Numbered from the stretch's first letter, positions 12,396 through 23,420 are shown. The stretch is DNA of 64,000 nucleotides from Octopus bimaculoides (GCF_001194135.2 NC_068981.1:119919300-119983299); one strand, 5' to 3'. Translations and numbers: made by a program. Notes: generated by a model from the letters alone, not told the origin.

Positions 12396-13680
12396 CTAAA
12401 ATTTAAGAAGAGAAGAAAAAAAAGAAAAACAAAATAAACATTCATAAATTTTAAACTGCTTTTTTTTTTTTTTAGGTAAGTTAGTTTTAAAAAGATGTCA
12501 ATAAAATCTATTTTGAATTAGTTTTGTATGTTAATCAACAATAGCAACAAAAAAAATTATCTAGGAGATTTTATTATCAAGTCTTCCTTGTGAATCAGTA
12601 ATAGTTATTCAACATAAAGACAAAATAAAACAACTAGAATCATTTTTTTTCCCTCGGACATTAGTGACAAAATCTCTAATAATCACTGATGGTTTCTTGC
12701 TCAGATTTCAAGCAATATAGTAGTTGCTGCAAATTGTCACTGAAGAATTAGAATTTGATCTCTCAGGAATATATCAAAGCTCTAATTATCCTCTCTGACT
12801 GGAGAAACAGAGAGAGAAAAAAGCAAGATATGGAAACAGAAGACATGTTGACCCACTGAACAGAAAATCATTACAATACACCAATCAGAAGAATTTCTAA
12901 CCAAGTAATTGATAAAATAAAATTAACAAAATAAAATGAATTAAATAAAATTTCTAGACAAGTGCATGGAACCTAAATATACCCTCAGAAAACTAATCAT
13001 TAGAAACCTTTAATTGCAATTTATAAAGCAGACACAGAATTAGCAAACTAATTATGGAACATATAAGATATACAGAGAAACTAAGAATACCTGAAAAACA
13101 CTTATTTAAAATGAAATATCCAACATTTTTTTTATAAAAACAAAATATTTGAAGAACAACTTGTAAAGTAGAACAAAATTATATTATTCCTGTTAACTTA
13201 AACATTGTTGAAAACAACAGAAGACCAAGACCAATAAGACTAATTACAACTGAGAAAAAATAATGAATACTTCAGTAAATGAACATTATGACAGAATCAC
13301 AATATCTAATAAAAACAAAACCTGAAGTGAGAAAACAGGTTCAAAACTGACAATATGGTTTCGTAGAAGTGAAAAAGTATTCCAAAGAAATAATATTGAT
13401 TTATTGAATGCGTTCATAAAATGTAACAAGTGACCAGTAAAACAACTTTAACAGAATGGATATTATATATATATATACATATATGATACAAAACAGGTAT
13501 GTATGTTAGCGTGAAAAACATGAAATATTTTGAGCCACAGACAAATAAAGCAACAAGGAACTATATCACACATGCAGACAGCATTAATATTTTACTAGAA
13601 GCAAAACATCAACAATGTCAGAATTAAAATGAAGATAATTTCCAATAGTACCCCACTTACAAGCAAAGATATAGAAGCAA

Positions 13681-13729
13681 CACACACACACACACACACT
13701 CACATCTCTCTCTCTCTCTCTCTCTTTAT

Positions 13730-13783
<54 letters not shown>

Positions 13784-13790
13784 TATATAT
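13681..13790. repeat. Compound (CA)n/(CT)n/(TA)n microsatellite
   Basis: Read directly. Confidence 0.95.
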
Positions 13791-14505
13791 AAATATTTAA
13801 ATAAACTGATAACAAAAGCAAATGACATTATTTTGAAAGAAGAAACTGGTTTCCATGGAAATTGTTAGATAATTCTCATAACAAGCAATGATTTCATCTA
13901 AACTAATTTTTATCAAAGTAAACCAGCCATTAAGTTCTTGGTCTCTTATAAAAGTTTACAACACGCAAACACTTATATACATACACAGAGAGAAAACAAA
14001 AGTGGAATGATTAAGATCTTATATCAACCATGCAACCTACTCAAGTCACACATAAATTGTAAATTTCATTTTGAGAACATTATTAAATAAAACTCCTGTC
14101 TGTTGTGTCACTAAGTTTTTACTGAGAACATATTTTTCGAGGTTAGATGATTTGGCATCTATTTCTAGCATATAGGAGTCCACTTTTGCTGGTCATTCCT
14201 CTTATTTTTGTATGTAATATAATTTTAATCTTCGGAGTTTTTTAATATGCTAGACCACTGGTTTTAATTGATTAATATCAATTTCTACCCTTAATAATAA
14301 ATAATAAATTTTAAATAATGATGTTCTCAAACCGGTAAATTAGCTGCAAAAATTTATTAACTGCAGAGTTATTTCCGGACTTAGCACGCCAGATTGAAGA
14401 CATTTGAAAAGATACACTCAATGTAATTTGTAGAACTTTACACGTGCTCCCTTTTGGGTGGACGTCTTGTGTCTAGTTCTGGAAATTGTATTTTATAAAT
14501 CGACA

Positions 14506-14605
14506 NNNNNNNNNNNNNNNNNNNNNNNNNNNNNNNNNNNNNNNNNNNNNNNNNNNNNNNNNNNNNNNNNNNNNNNNNNNNNNNNNNNNNNNNNNNNNNN
14601 NNNNN
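14506..14605. other. Assembly gap (100 N, probably unsized)
   Basis: N run; the two sides are unrelated sequences. Confidence 0.98.
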
Positions 14606-15520
14606 AGTGGTGCTTTTTCCTGGAACGAACCCAAACTGTATCTCATCTAAACTGACTCTCTCCCTAATGTGTTGGGCTATGACCCTCTCTGTGACCTTCA
14701 TTACCTGGTCCAACAACTTGATACCTCTATAATTATTCGTATCTAATGTATCACCTTTACCTTTGTCGCAGTTGACTATGGTGCTGCTACACCAGTCATT
14801 GGGTATGACTCCTTCGTGTATCCCCTGATTAACTATACGGGTCATTAGGCTATAGCTGACACTGCCAGATATTTTGAGCATCTCTGCAGTGATTCCTGAT
14901 GGGCTGGGGGCTTTCCTTGTCTTCATACTCTTGATCGCTTTATCTACTAAGGTACTGTCAATTAGGATAGCTGGTCCCTCTGTTGGGTCGACATATGGCA
15001 GGCTCTCTTTCTCCCATTCATTCTCTTTATTAAGCAGTCTTTCATAGTGGCGTCTCCAGACCTCTCTCTTTGCAGCCTCGTTTAGCGCGAGTGAGCCATC
15101 ATCCAAGCGGACACATTTCTCACCTACATCACGATTCTTTCTCAAACACTGTCTTGCAACACGAAATACTTCAAGTCTTTGGTCCTCACGGCACAGAACA
15201 TTGGCAAGTTTTTTCTTATCTGCTTCCCCTCTGGCTAAGTAAACCTGTCTCCTAGCTTCCCTTCTGGCAGTCTGATACAATTCCATGCTACCTCTGTTCT
15301 TCCCGTCCTTCCAAGCCTGTTTCTTTTGTCTAATAGCCCTGTCAATCACATTGTTCCACCACCACATGACTTTGGGTCGAGAGGGGACTTTACACCAGCC
15401 ACAGATCTGGTCGGTGGCTCTCAGCAGGTTGTCCCGTAGAAACCTCCAGCTGTCTTCCACGTTGTGTGATGCTATATCCCCTTCTACTTCGTCAAATGCT
15501 TCGAGTAATATGTCTCTAAA
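14606..15520 (-). mobile_element. RTE-clade LINE fragment (endonuclease-RT linker and RT N-terminus), cut by an assembly gap
   Basis: WWWNNVIDRAI...KAPSPSGITAEMLK...NNYRGIKLL...QFGFVPGKSTT. Confidence 0.94.
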
Positions 15521-15812
15521 TCTGAGATGGGAGTAATATGAAAAGGCTGAAAGTTGAAAAATCTTAGCTGTACATATCCTGGAATTCATATTCTGTCAGC
15601 AGAAGAGATTCGAAGTCGATTTGGAAAAAGTGGGATATTGAACTGGTGTATATAGAGTTAGGGTTAGGTAGTAATCGAAGAGAGAGAGAGGGGGAGAGAG
15701 AGAGAGAGTGAGACAGAGAGAGGGACAGGCAGTAAGTACATCACACGGGAATAATTCTTTGGGTTTTCGGTAACATAATTGAATGAGACAGCAAATGCTT
15801 AAATCATATATG

Positions 15813-15850
<38 letters not shown>

Positions 15851-15860
15851 TGTATTTATA

Positions 15861-18200
15861 TATCTATATTAAAATACAACAAACGAAAGACAGAAGATGG
15901 AATATAAGACAATTTATTATTAATCACAACAATTGTTTCGATACATCTAGTATCGACTCCTCTTGTGGGATACTTAACCACTGGTTGAGGAGTAACTGGT
16001 GATGCAGACGCATCTCGTCAGGTAATAAATAAATAAAAACAACTCGTTAAAATGACTGTTTCACAATGTAAGTTTCTGTTTTGTAGAGAGAAAATCAGCC
16101 TGACGGAGGAAAAATCTTCATATGTATAGAAGATCAAAAATAAAATTGCAGAAGACAAAAAGAGAAATGAACACGTAATCCAGTGAGAAAAGTATTGAAA
16201 ATAACCGTTAACAGACTTGGATGTATAAACACCTTTGGACAAGCTGCATGGCACGAGTACACGTGCTTATACAAGCATCAGCAAAAATGTGAGCATATGC
16301 ACACACAAGGTTTGGTGCATTAATGATTACAAAGTGATTTAGTTATTTATTAGGTGTTTAGAAGAACGAGGAGGTTAAAAGAAAACGTAAGTCATCCATA
16401 CCTCTAAGTGAATTAAATTACATTAAGTTAATGGTTACTCAAAATTCATTCTCACCGCATTGAGCGAAAGTACATTTATATGTGTGTAGGTATCTCAAGA
16501 GTCGTTCAGAAATTCTATTAAGTATCTCCTCGTTAGTCCACAGAATAGACAGGGATTCCTCAGAGACAGCATCTCCTGGAAATTACACAGTATGGTTTTG
16601 CATGTCTAACTATGGACCAATTAATGGTGTATTTCATTTTACCCTCCTTCAGTCGCCATATAAAATCTACCGAAGATGTCGAATGTCTCTTATTGATTGA
16701 CTTAAAGCTGGCAACATGGTTATGACATCGATTCTTAAATGAATCAGCCGTTTGCCCAATGTAAATACAGGGCCCTCCCCTTGTGTGCACAGTACATTTA
16801 TATACAAGATTTGTACTCATACAGAGATTCATCAAAGGACATTTTGATCTATCTCTGCATGAGCATTTATCATATTTATTTATATATAAGGCACTCCCGA
16901 CTTCATTTACTGGCGTTATCATGCTAGCTGTACCATGAGTATTTCTACTACTACAAATTGGTCGAAGTTGATGATTGGTTGGTATTTAGATGCAAATGTT
17001 TGCTAGATCCAGTAGGTGGGTTATTGATCTTTTGCCACATTTTGCTATTGTTTATGCAATGCATAAGCTGCTCTAAATTAGAGTTAGCGTAGGATAAATT
17101 CATGGTGTGTTGATTAAAAATAGCATAATACCAATTAGATTTAGGAAAACATTTGTCCAAAGCAGCAAAAAATTTACCAGCAATCCTGGTTGAAACATGC
17201 AAACCGAAAATTGGGTTGAACCAGAGGACATCCTGATTCCTATATCTGTTGTTAGGTTTATTTGATTGAGTGTGTTGTACAGGATTGGAACAAGCAGTTG
17301 AATTACTATGTTGCATGTGTCTATGAGTTTTCTTTGGTAGTTCATTGACATGACCAATTCTTTCTGGCTTGTATTCTTTATCGGACTGATTTCTCAAATG
17401 GTAACGTTGTGTTGCTTATGCCAGCATCTTGTTTATAATGAATTTTACCAAGGTAACCAGCCTTAGCTGGAGCATCATTATAATAAGATGCATGAGATCC
17501 AAAACTTTTACTGTTAGCAGATGATCTAGAGATTCTGGTAGAAATACTCTTAACTAGTCCTGTATAATCGAGGGTGGACGGTTGGATGCTACATTAATGT
17601 ACTTAATATGATCATTCAGCTTATGAAATGGTTCAAATAATCCAGTATCAAAACAGAAGGTAGCATCAAGAAAATTCACTCTACGATAATCTTTACCTAT
17701 AGTAATGCTTAGTACTAAATTTTTGAAAGGTCTAAAGAAATTTTTCCTACGCCTTTCTAACTGTACTTTACTACTTCTGGCTAGAAAAAATAAAGCATCA
17801 TCCTTATATAGACCCTGTTACTTCCGGAAAGAAAGACTGGATTAATGAAAGGATATATATTCCAACTAGGTCACAGGACTGAGCAGAATTGTGTGAGCCC
17901 ATTGCTATATCAAATACATTTTCCCTATCTAATCTACTCCATAAATATAACATCAAAATCTACTGGAGTGGCTCGCACAGCAAGAATAATATCTATTTCG
18001 CATCGGGACAAATCAGAATTTTTCATGCTAAAAATCAGGGCTTGATTGAGAATGATCGGGTTGATAGTAGCATAGTAGCTCTCTATATCAAGTTACAAGA
18101 ATTTACTAGTCTTACTAATTTCTAGAAGCTTGAACTATCCAACCACCTCTTGGGCATCAGACCAGAGGGCTAATCTAATTTCAGACTTACGGATGGGTAT
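15861..18200 (-). mobile_element. Decayed, 5'-truncated Penelope-like retroelement (RT plus C-terminal GIY-YIG endonuclease), probably Naiad-type
   Basis: Minus-strand frames give LDIESYY (RT motif A), FDIAMGSHNSAQSCDLVGIYIL, RDDALF, VNFLDATF, VLWFNPIF, CSCRDRSKCPLMNLC, LVYKC...IYIGQTADSFKNRCHNH. Multiple stops and frameshifts. Hammerhead in the 3' region. Confidence 0.9.
15923..16026 (-). ncRNA. Type I hammerhead ribozyme motif of the Penelope terminal repeat
   Basis: AUUAC-CUGACGA-GAUGC...(about 65 nt)...GUAUC-GAA-ACAAUUGU-U-GUGAU. All core nucleotides are present, with a 5-bp stem II, a palindromic stem III and an extendable stem I. Confidence 0.68.
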
Positions 18201-18348
18201 TACCCTGTCGTATGTATTTATGTATACATATATATATATATATATACATACACACACACACACACATCTATATATTTATGTATCTATATTAAAATATTAG
18301 GAAAATATGAGATTTATAAGCCCTAAAATTAACTTCATAATTGCCCAT

Positions 18349-18620
18349 GGGCATATGGCATAGTCGTTAAGAACACGGGCTACTAACCCCAAGATTCCGA
18401 GTTCAATTCCAAGCAGTGACCTGAATAATAATAATAATAATAATAATAACAACAACATTGAAAAATACCTTAGGAATGAGAACCTAGGTTTGAAATTTCC
18501 CCAAGACACCTGATGAAGGCTAGAGGGTATATCAGCCGAAATGTTGTGTAAACAGCAAACAAGATGCGGACAAATATCCATATAATGTAAATAATTCCTC
18601 ACTCTTAAATATAGAATTGT
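18349..18620 (+). mobile_element. tRNA-derived SINE with an (AAT)n linker and a hammerhead-containing tail
   Basis: A box TGGCATAGTCG (18356), B box GAGTTCAATTCC (18399), an AAGATTCC segment like tRNA-Arg(ACG), (AAT)n/(AAC)n, then a hammerhead motif. Confidence 0.68.
18506..18549 (+). ncRNA. Minimal type I hammerhead motif in the SINE tail
   Basis: ACAC-CUGAUGA-A-GGCU(12 nt)AGCC-GAA-AUGU-U-GUGU. Stem I ACAC/GUGU and stem II GGCU/AGCC pair; stem III is weakened (AUGU instead of the palindromic ACGU). Confidence 0.55.
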
Positions 18621-18692
18621 ATTATCTATATTAAAATATATATATTAATATATATTATATATATTATACTAATATATATACATATTAAAATT

Positions 18693-18909
18693 TCTGGCCT
18701 GTACTCTTTATCTGAGTGATTTCTCAAATGGTAACGTTGTGGTGATATACAATGTGCATCACAGTTGTACGAATTACTAGTGTTGCATATGCCAGCATCT
18801 TGTTTATAAGGAATTTTATCAAGGTACCCAGCCTTAGCTAGAGCATCATTATAATAAGATGCATAAAATTCGAAAATTTTACTGTTAGCAGAAAATCTAG
18901 AGATTCTGG
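18693..18909 (-). mobile_element. Second fragment of the same Penelope-like element
   Basis: Clear homology to 17363-17540 (gatttctcaaatggtaacgttgtg...ccagcatcttgtttataa...agagattctggt), with an extra segment of about 40 bp. Confidence 0.85.
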
Positions 18910-19068
18910 TTTTGGCATGATTTTTACAGCTGGATGCTCTACCAAACGCCAGTCACTGCACAATGTGGAGTGGATGCTTTTTAAGTGACTTGGCAGGTCA
19001 CCAATACATATATGTATATATACACACACACATATATATATATATACATATGTATTTATGTATGCATA

Positions 19069-19110
<42 letters not shown>

Positions 19111-19114
19111 GATA

Positions 19115-19124
19115 NNNNNNNNNN
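19115..19124. other. Assembly gap (10 N) within (GATA)n
   Basis: N run. Confidence 0.98.
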
Positions 19125-19167
<43 letters not shown>

Positions 19168-19419
19168 GGAAAATTCACAAAAAAAACATCATGTTTTGAC
19201 ATCATGAAGGTCATCGGACCATACAAAATCTGCCTCAATAAACTCCATCTGACCCACGTAAGACAGGTGGTGTAGACAACAAACAGATGTATTAGTATAA
19301 CACTCGGGAAGTGAAAAAGTCTTTAACGTTTCGAGCCTATGCTCTTCCACAGGAAGGAACACAGAAAGAAACAAGAAGAGAAAATAAAGAATGTGTAGTG
19401 GCTAGTGATCTCTCTCTCT

Positions 19420-19645
19420 CGTGGCCGTTGCCAGTACCCCCTGACTGGCCTTCGTGCCGGTGGCACGTAAAAGCACCCACTACACTCTCTGAGTGGTTGA
19501 CGTTAGGAAGGGCATCCATCTGTAGAAACTCTGCCAAATCAGATTGGAGCCTGGTGTAGCCATCTGGTTTCACCAGTCCTCAGTCAAATCGTCCAACCCA
19601 TGCTAGCATGGAAAGCAGACGTTAAACGATGACGATGATGATGAT
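19420..19645 (+). mobile_element. Family C copy (young)
   Basis: Near-identical to 6195-6420. Confidence 0.9.
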
Positions 19646-20547
19646 ATATATATATATATAACTTTTACATTCAGCAGTTTCACATATGTACATTTAAAGG
19701 GTATTGAAATACATAAGTTAGCCGAGAGTATCTTTGCAGTTAATTATAAGGAAATTCTTTCAGGGGCTATTTGAAAATATGAAAACGAGCAAGGAAAGTA
19801 ATTCTAGGAATATGTCTTTGGTATTACAGATGATAGCAACGGATGTCTTCCTATTGCGTCAGATCTTATCAACCAAACATATTCGATACATCTACAATAG
19901 ATTGTAATATAGTAAAGTGAAAAATTGAATTATCTTTGCAGTAAAAGCTTAGAAATAAAAAGGGGGAGATAACTCTATTAAAACATCGAAATCCAATTTC
20001 TTGTGGAAATGAAAACAATGCATTTACAAGTTGATCATGTTTTTTTATGACTTGTTAAATTTCATCAACACAGTTAGAAAGACTTAAAAGTGATTAGTAT
20101 ATACAGAAATACAGAGAAAATAGCAACTCTTATTATGAATAAACACTATCTAGATTTCAAAATTTTATATTAATCAATATATCTGTAATTATCTCCCTTG
20201 CATTTTGGTTTTAAATTTTAAACACCCTGCCACTTATCTTAGTTTCTGCCTCTTAATTGCAAGGATAATTCTCAGTAGAGTGAAGTCTATTAACTCGTTC
20301 TGCTATGTATGAGACAGTATAGTATGTTTTTATCATCTTCTACTATCATCCAAGGTCAAGCAAAGCCGTGTGAGTGGATTTGATTGATGGAAACGGAAAG
20401 AAGCCCATCGTGTGTGTATGTGTCTCCTTGTTTTGACATCATGGTCATCAGACCATACAAAATCTGCCTCAATAAACTCCATCTGACCCACGTAAGCATG
20501 GAAAAGTGAAAGCTAAGTTGATTATATATATATATATATATATATAT

Positions 20548-20770
20548 AATTGTCATCATCGTTTAATGTCCTCCTTCCATGGTGCCATGGTTTGACAGGA
20601 GCTGGCCAAGCACAAGACTGTACCATAGATTGGACTGACCACTTATTACGTGGCATGAGCACAGGCACGATCAGTTTTGGCATGATTTTTACAGCTGGAT
20701 GCCCTATCAAACGCCAGCCACTGCACAGTGTGGAGTGGATGCTTTTTAAGTGACTCAGCAGGTCACCAAT
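20548..20770 (-). mobile_element. Family C copy
   Basis: catcatcgtttaatgtcc head; gctggatgccc core. Confidence 0.75.
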
Positions 20771-20830
20771 ACATATACATATATGTATATACACACACAC
20801 ATATATATATACATATGTATTTATGCCTGC

Positions 20831-20879
<49 letters not shown>

Positions 20880-21639
20880 TATACATATACTCGTATTCAT
20901 CTTGGTGATTCAAATACATCAGATACATGCCACTGACCACTTTGAGTTATTTCTGTAAGCACCTTTTTTGTTTCCTTTGTGCAAATTAACAAAGCTATAT
21001 ACTCTTTTTTTTAAAACGTCTATGTGTATTGTCTGCTGAAGAGAAGATGTGTATTGTCTGCTGAAGATAAGATAGGACAATTGTTGTGTTGTTAACACTG
21101 ATTGAAGCAGAAACATGTCCATGGTTATCCTTTTGACTTCCGGCAGTCACAGTTATTTCCTTAATGGTACGTCTATTATAAAGAATCTGTGATTCTTGGG
21201 AGTACCTCCCACTTCTTATTTTAAGTCCACCAAGTGATTATGCTACCCTCTCTTGAAGTTGAATATCAATAAAGCAAGAATTTATCTCATGTTATCTAAT
21301 ACACCTTTATTATCTACACTGTTCAGATACATGCCACTAATCAACCTAAGTTACTTCTCTTAGCACATTTTCATGCACACACGCAGAATAGTATAGAATG
21401 TCCAGACTACACAATTCTCTTTCTCTCTCTCTCTCTCTCTGTTTCTCATAAGGTGAGTGGGGTGGGGGTAGTACTGAATATACTTATTTCCTTCATCTCT
21501 TTCTCATTGTATATAAAGTACATATACACTCACTCACATTCATACTCTGACACACATACATACACTCAAAAGAAACTACGGAATTATGAAAAATAGAAAT
21601 CAGGATATCAAAAGCAGAAAACAAATTTATCAATCTTAA

Positions 21640-21853
21640 ATACTGGTTTCAAATTCTGATGCAGAGTCAGCAAGTTCTGGGGAGGGGGTAAGTTGATTAT
21701 ATCAACCCCAGGGTTCAACTGGTACTTATTTTATTGACCCTGAAAGAATGAAAGGCAAAGTAGACCTTGGCAGAATTTGAACTCAGAGCATAAAGACAGA
21801 TGAAATATTGTTAAGCATTTTGCTTGACATGCTACTGATTCTGCCAGCTTGCT
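21640..21853 (-). mobile_element. SINE family A copy
   Basis: actggtacttattttattgaccctgaaagaatgaaaggcaaagtagacc. Confidence 0.85.
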
Positions 21854-22189
21854 AAATACTAGAAACATTCAAATAAGATTAAAGTTTCAAACAATCAAAT
21901 GCTATAAATTTTAAAATTTGAAACAATTTTTACATTTGATACAATTGCAATTGTATTGTAATATTCAGGGCTGAAAAGTCAGGGAGTCAGAATCAGAAGT
22001 AATTATTAGGTTACAGGAATCAGGGTTGGATTTTCCTTCACAATATTATTTTTCATTTAATTTAGTGTAAACTTTCATGTTACATTCACTTCAATGTTAT
22101 ATGACAACAAAGTTTTAATCTCAAAAGTAAGGGTTATATATCTATGTATTTACTTGATAGTCAGACTGACGCAATCATTTGTGATTTCC

Positions 22190-22620
22190 ATCTTTCTATA
22201 TGCCTGTAAGGCTTGGACATTAACAGCAGAAGTGAGAAAAAAGGTAAGCACAATGGAAATGAGATGCTACAAATGGTATCTAGGTTATCTCATAAAAGAA
22301 CACATGACAAATAATGAAGTGAGATGAGAATAACCTGGGCTATTGGACTACACAAGGGCCTGCTGGCAATTGTAGTCAAGGAAACAGAAATGTTATGACC
22401 ATGTCACAAGAAACCTGGCCCAGCACAGACAATCCTGCAAGGTGCAGTGGAAGGTGACTGAATGTAGGGAAGGCCAAGAAAAACACAGGCTTGTAACATC
22501 AAAAAGTGGACAGGCCTGAATTTTGCCACCTCAGAGCAGAAGAAGCCTAAAAGATGTGGCAAAATCTGGTTGTGATATCACCAATGAATGCCTCAACAAC
22601 CACAAGTCAAGGGATAAAGA
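22190..22620 (+). mobile_element. Degenerate RTE-like LINE 3' fragment
   Basis: SIFLYACKAWTLTAEVRKKVSTMEMRCY...TNNEVR, followed by remnants of the ILQG..EG motif. Confidence 0.75.
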
Positions 22621-23223
22621 CAGGGTAGTATCTACTTGAGTTTTCTTTTAAAATGTCATTTGTTAAATAGCTTCAGGTTTTCAATCTTTTAGTTTTCATT
22701 TTGATGAGCTCTAGAATTTTGAATTTATAAACAAAGAAGTTCCTGTTTATCTTGCGTAACATTTTTATAGTTTATTATTTTTATATCAACAAGCAAAGTA
22801 GCTAGTTAGAAAATCTCTGTAAGAGATGAAAGCAGTAACTATTGGTTCATCCCATAAGTAATGCGTTTTTCTCATTTGCATGAGCTAAAAGTCAAAGGGA
22901 GATGGGTTAAACTAACTGCATCAACTTGCTATAAAAGCAGATAGGAATTTTATCTCAACCTTATTCTTAGTGCAAGTTTTGAAGAGTGCAGTTCGATTGT
23001 AACAGTTATTTTTTCAAAGCTATAATAGAAATAACAAAGGAGCATATTCGGCATATTTTGCTTTATGGGTTTAATAGAAGCAACAACAAAGGTAGAATAA
23101 TCTATTTGGATATGGCCAGTTTAAATGCTAAAAGGTTAAAAAAAAAAAAACAGCCTCAGTTTTGAAATTTTTCAAGTTTTGTCTTATATTTTATTATGTG
23201 TAACTTCTTTAATAAATAATTTT

Positions 23224-23420
23224 TTCTACTATAGGCACATGACCAGAAATTTGTGGGGAAGGAGTTAGTTGATTATATTGACCCCCAGGGCTTACTTGAC
23301 TGACCTGAAAAATGATAGGCAAAGTCAACTTCAGGAGGATTTGAACCCAGATTGTAAAGCCAGAATTTCATACTACTAAGCATTTTGCTCAGCATGCTAA
23401 CGATTCTGCCAGTTCACCAC
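23224..23420 (-). mobile_element. SINE family A copy
   Basis: Family body and tRNA head. Confidence 0.8.

Noticed and set aside
14438-15589. 383-aa ORF as one protein
   Set aside because: It bridges a 100-N gap, and its first about 25 codons lie outside the RTE; only 14606-15520 is RTE.
15655-15672. TTAGGG-like motif as an interstitial telomere
   Set aside because: Only one to two units; not an array.
16555-16565. In-frame TGA after RRCCL in the PLE endonuclease as possible selenocysteine (some Naiads are reported to be selenoproteins)
   Set aside because: The conserved continuation (EESLSIL...LNRISE) is in another frame, so the TGA results from a small deletion.
18349-18420. tRNA gene
   Set aside because: The acceptor and anticodon stems are broken and it is fused to a repeat tail, so it is a SINE head. 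The same applies to families A, B and F.
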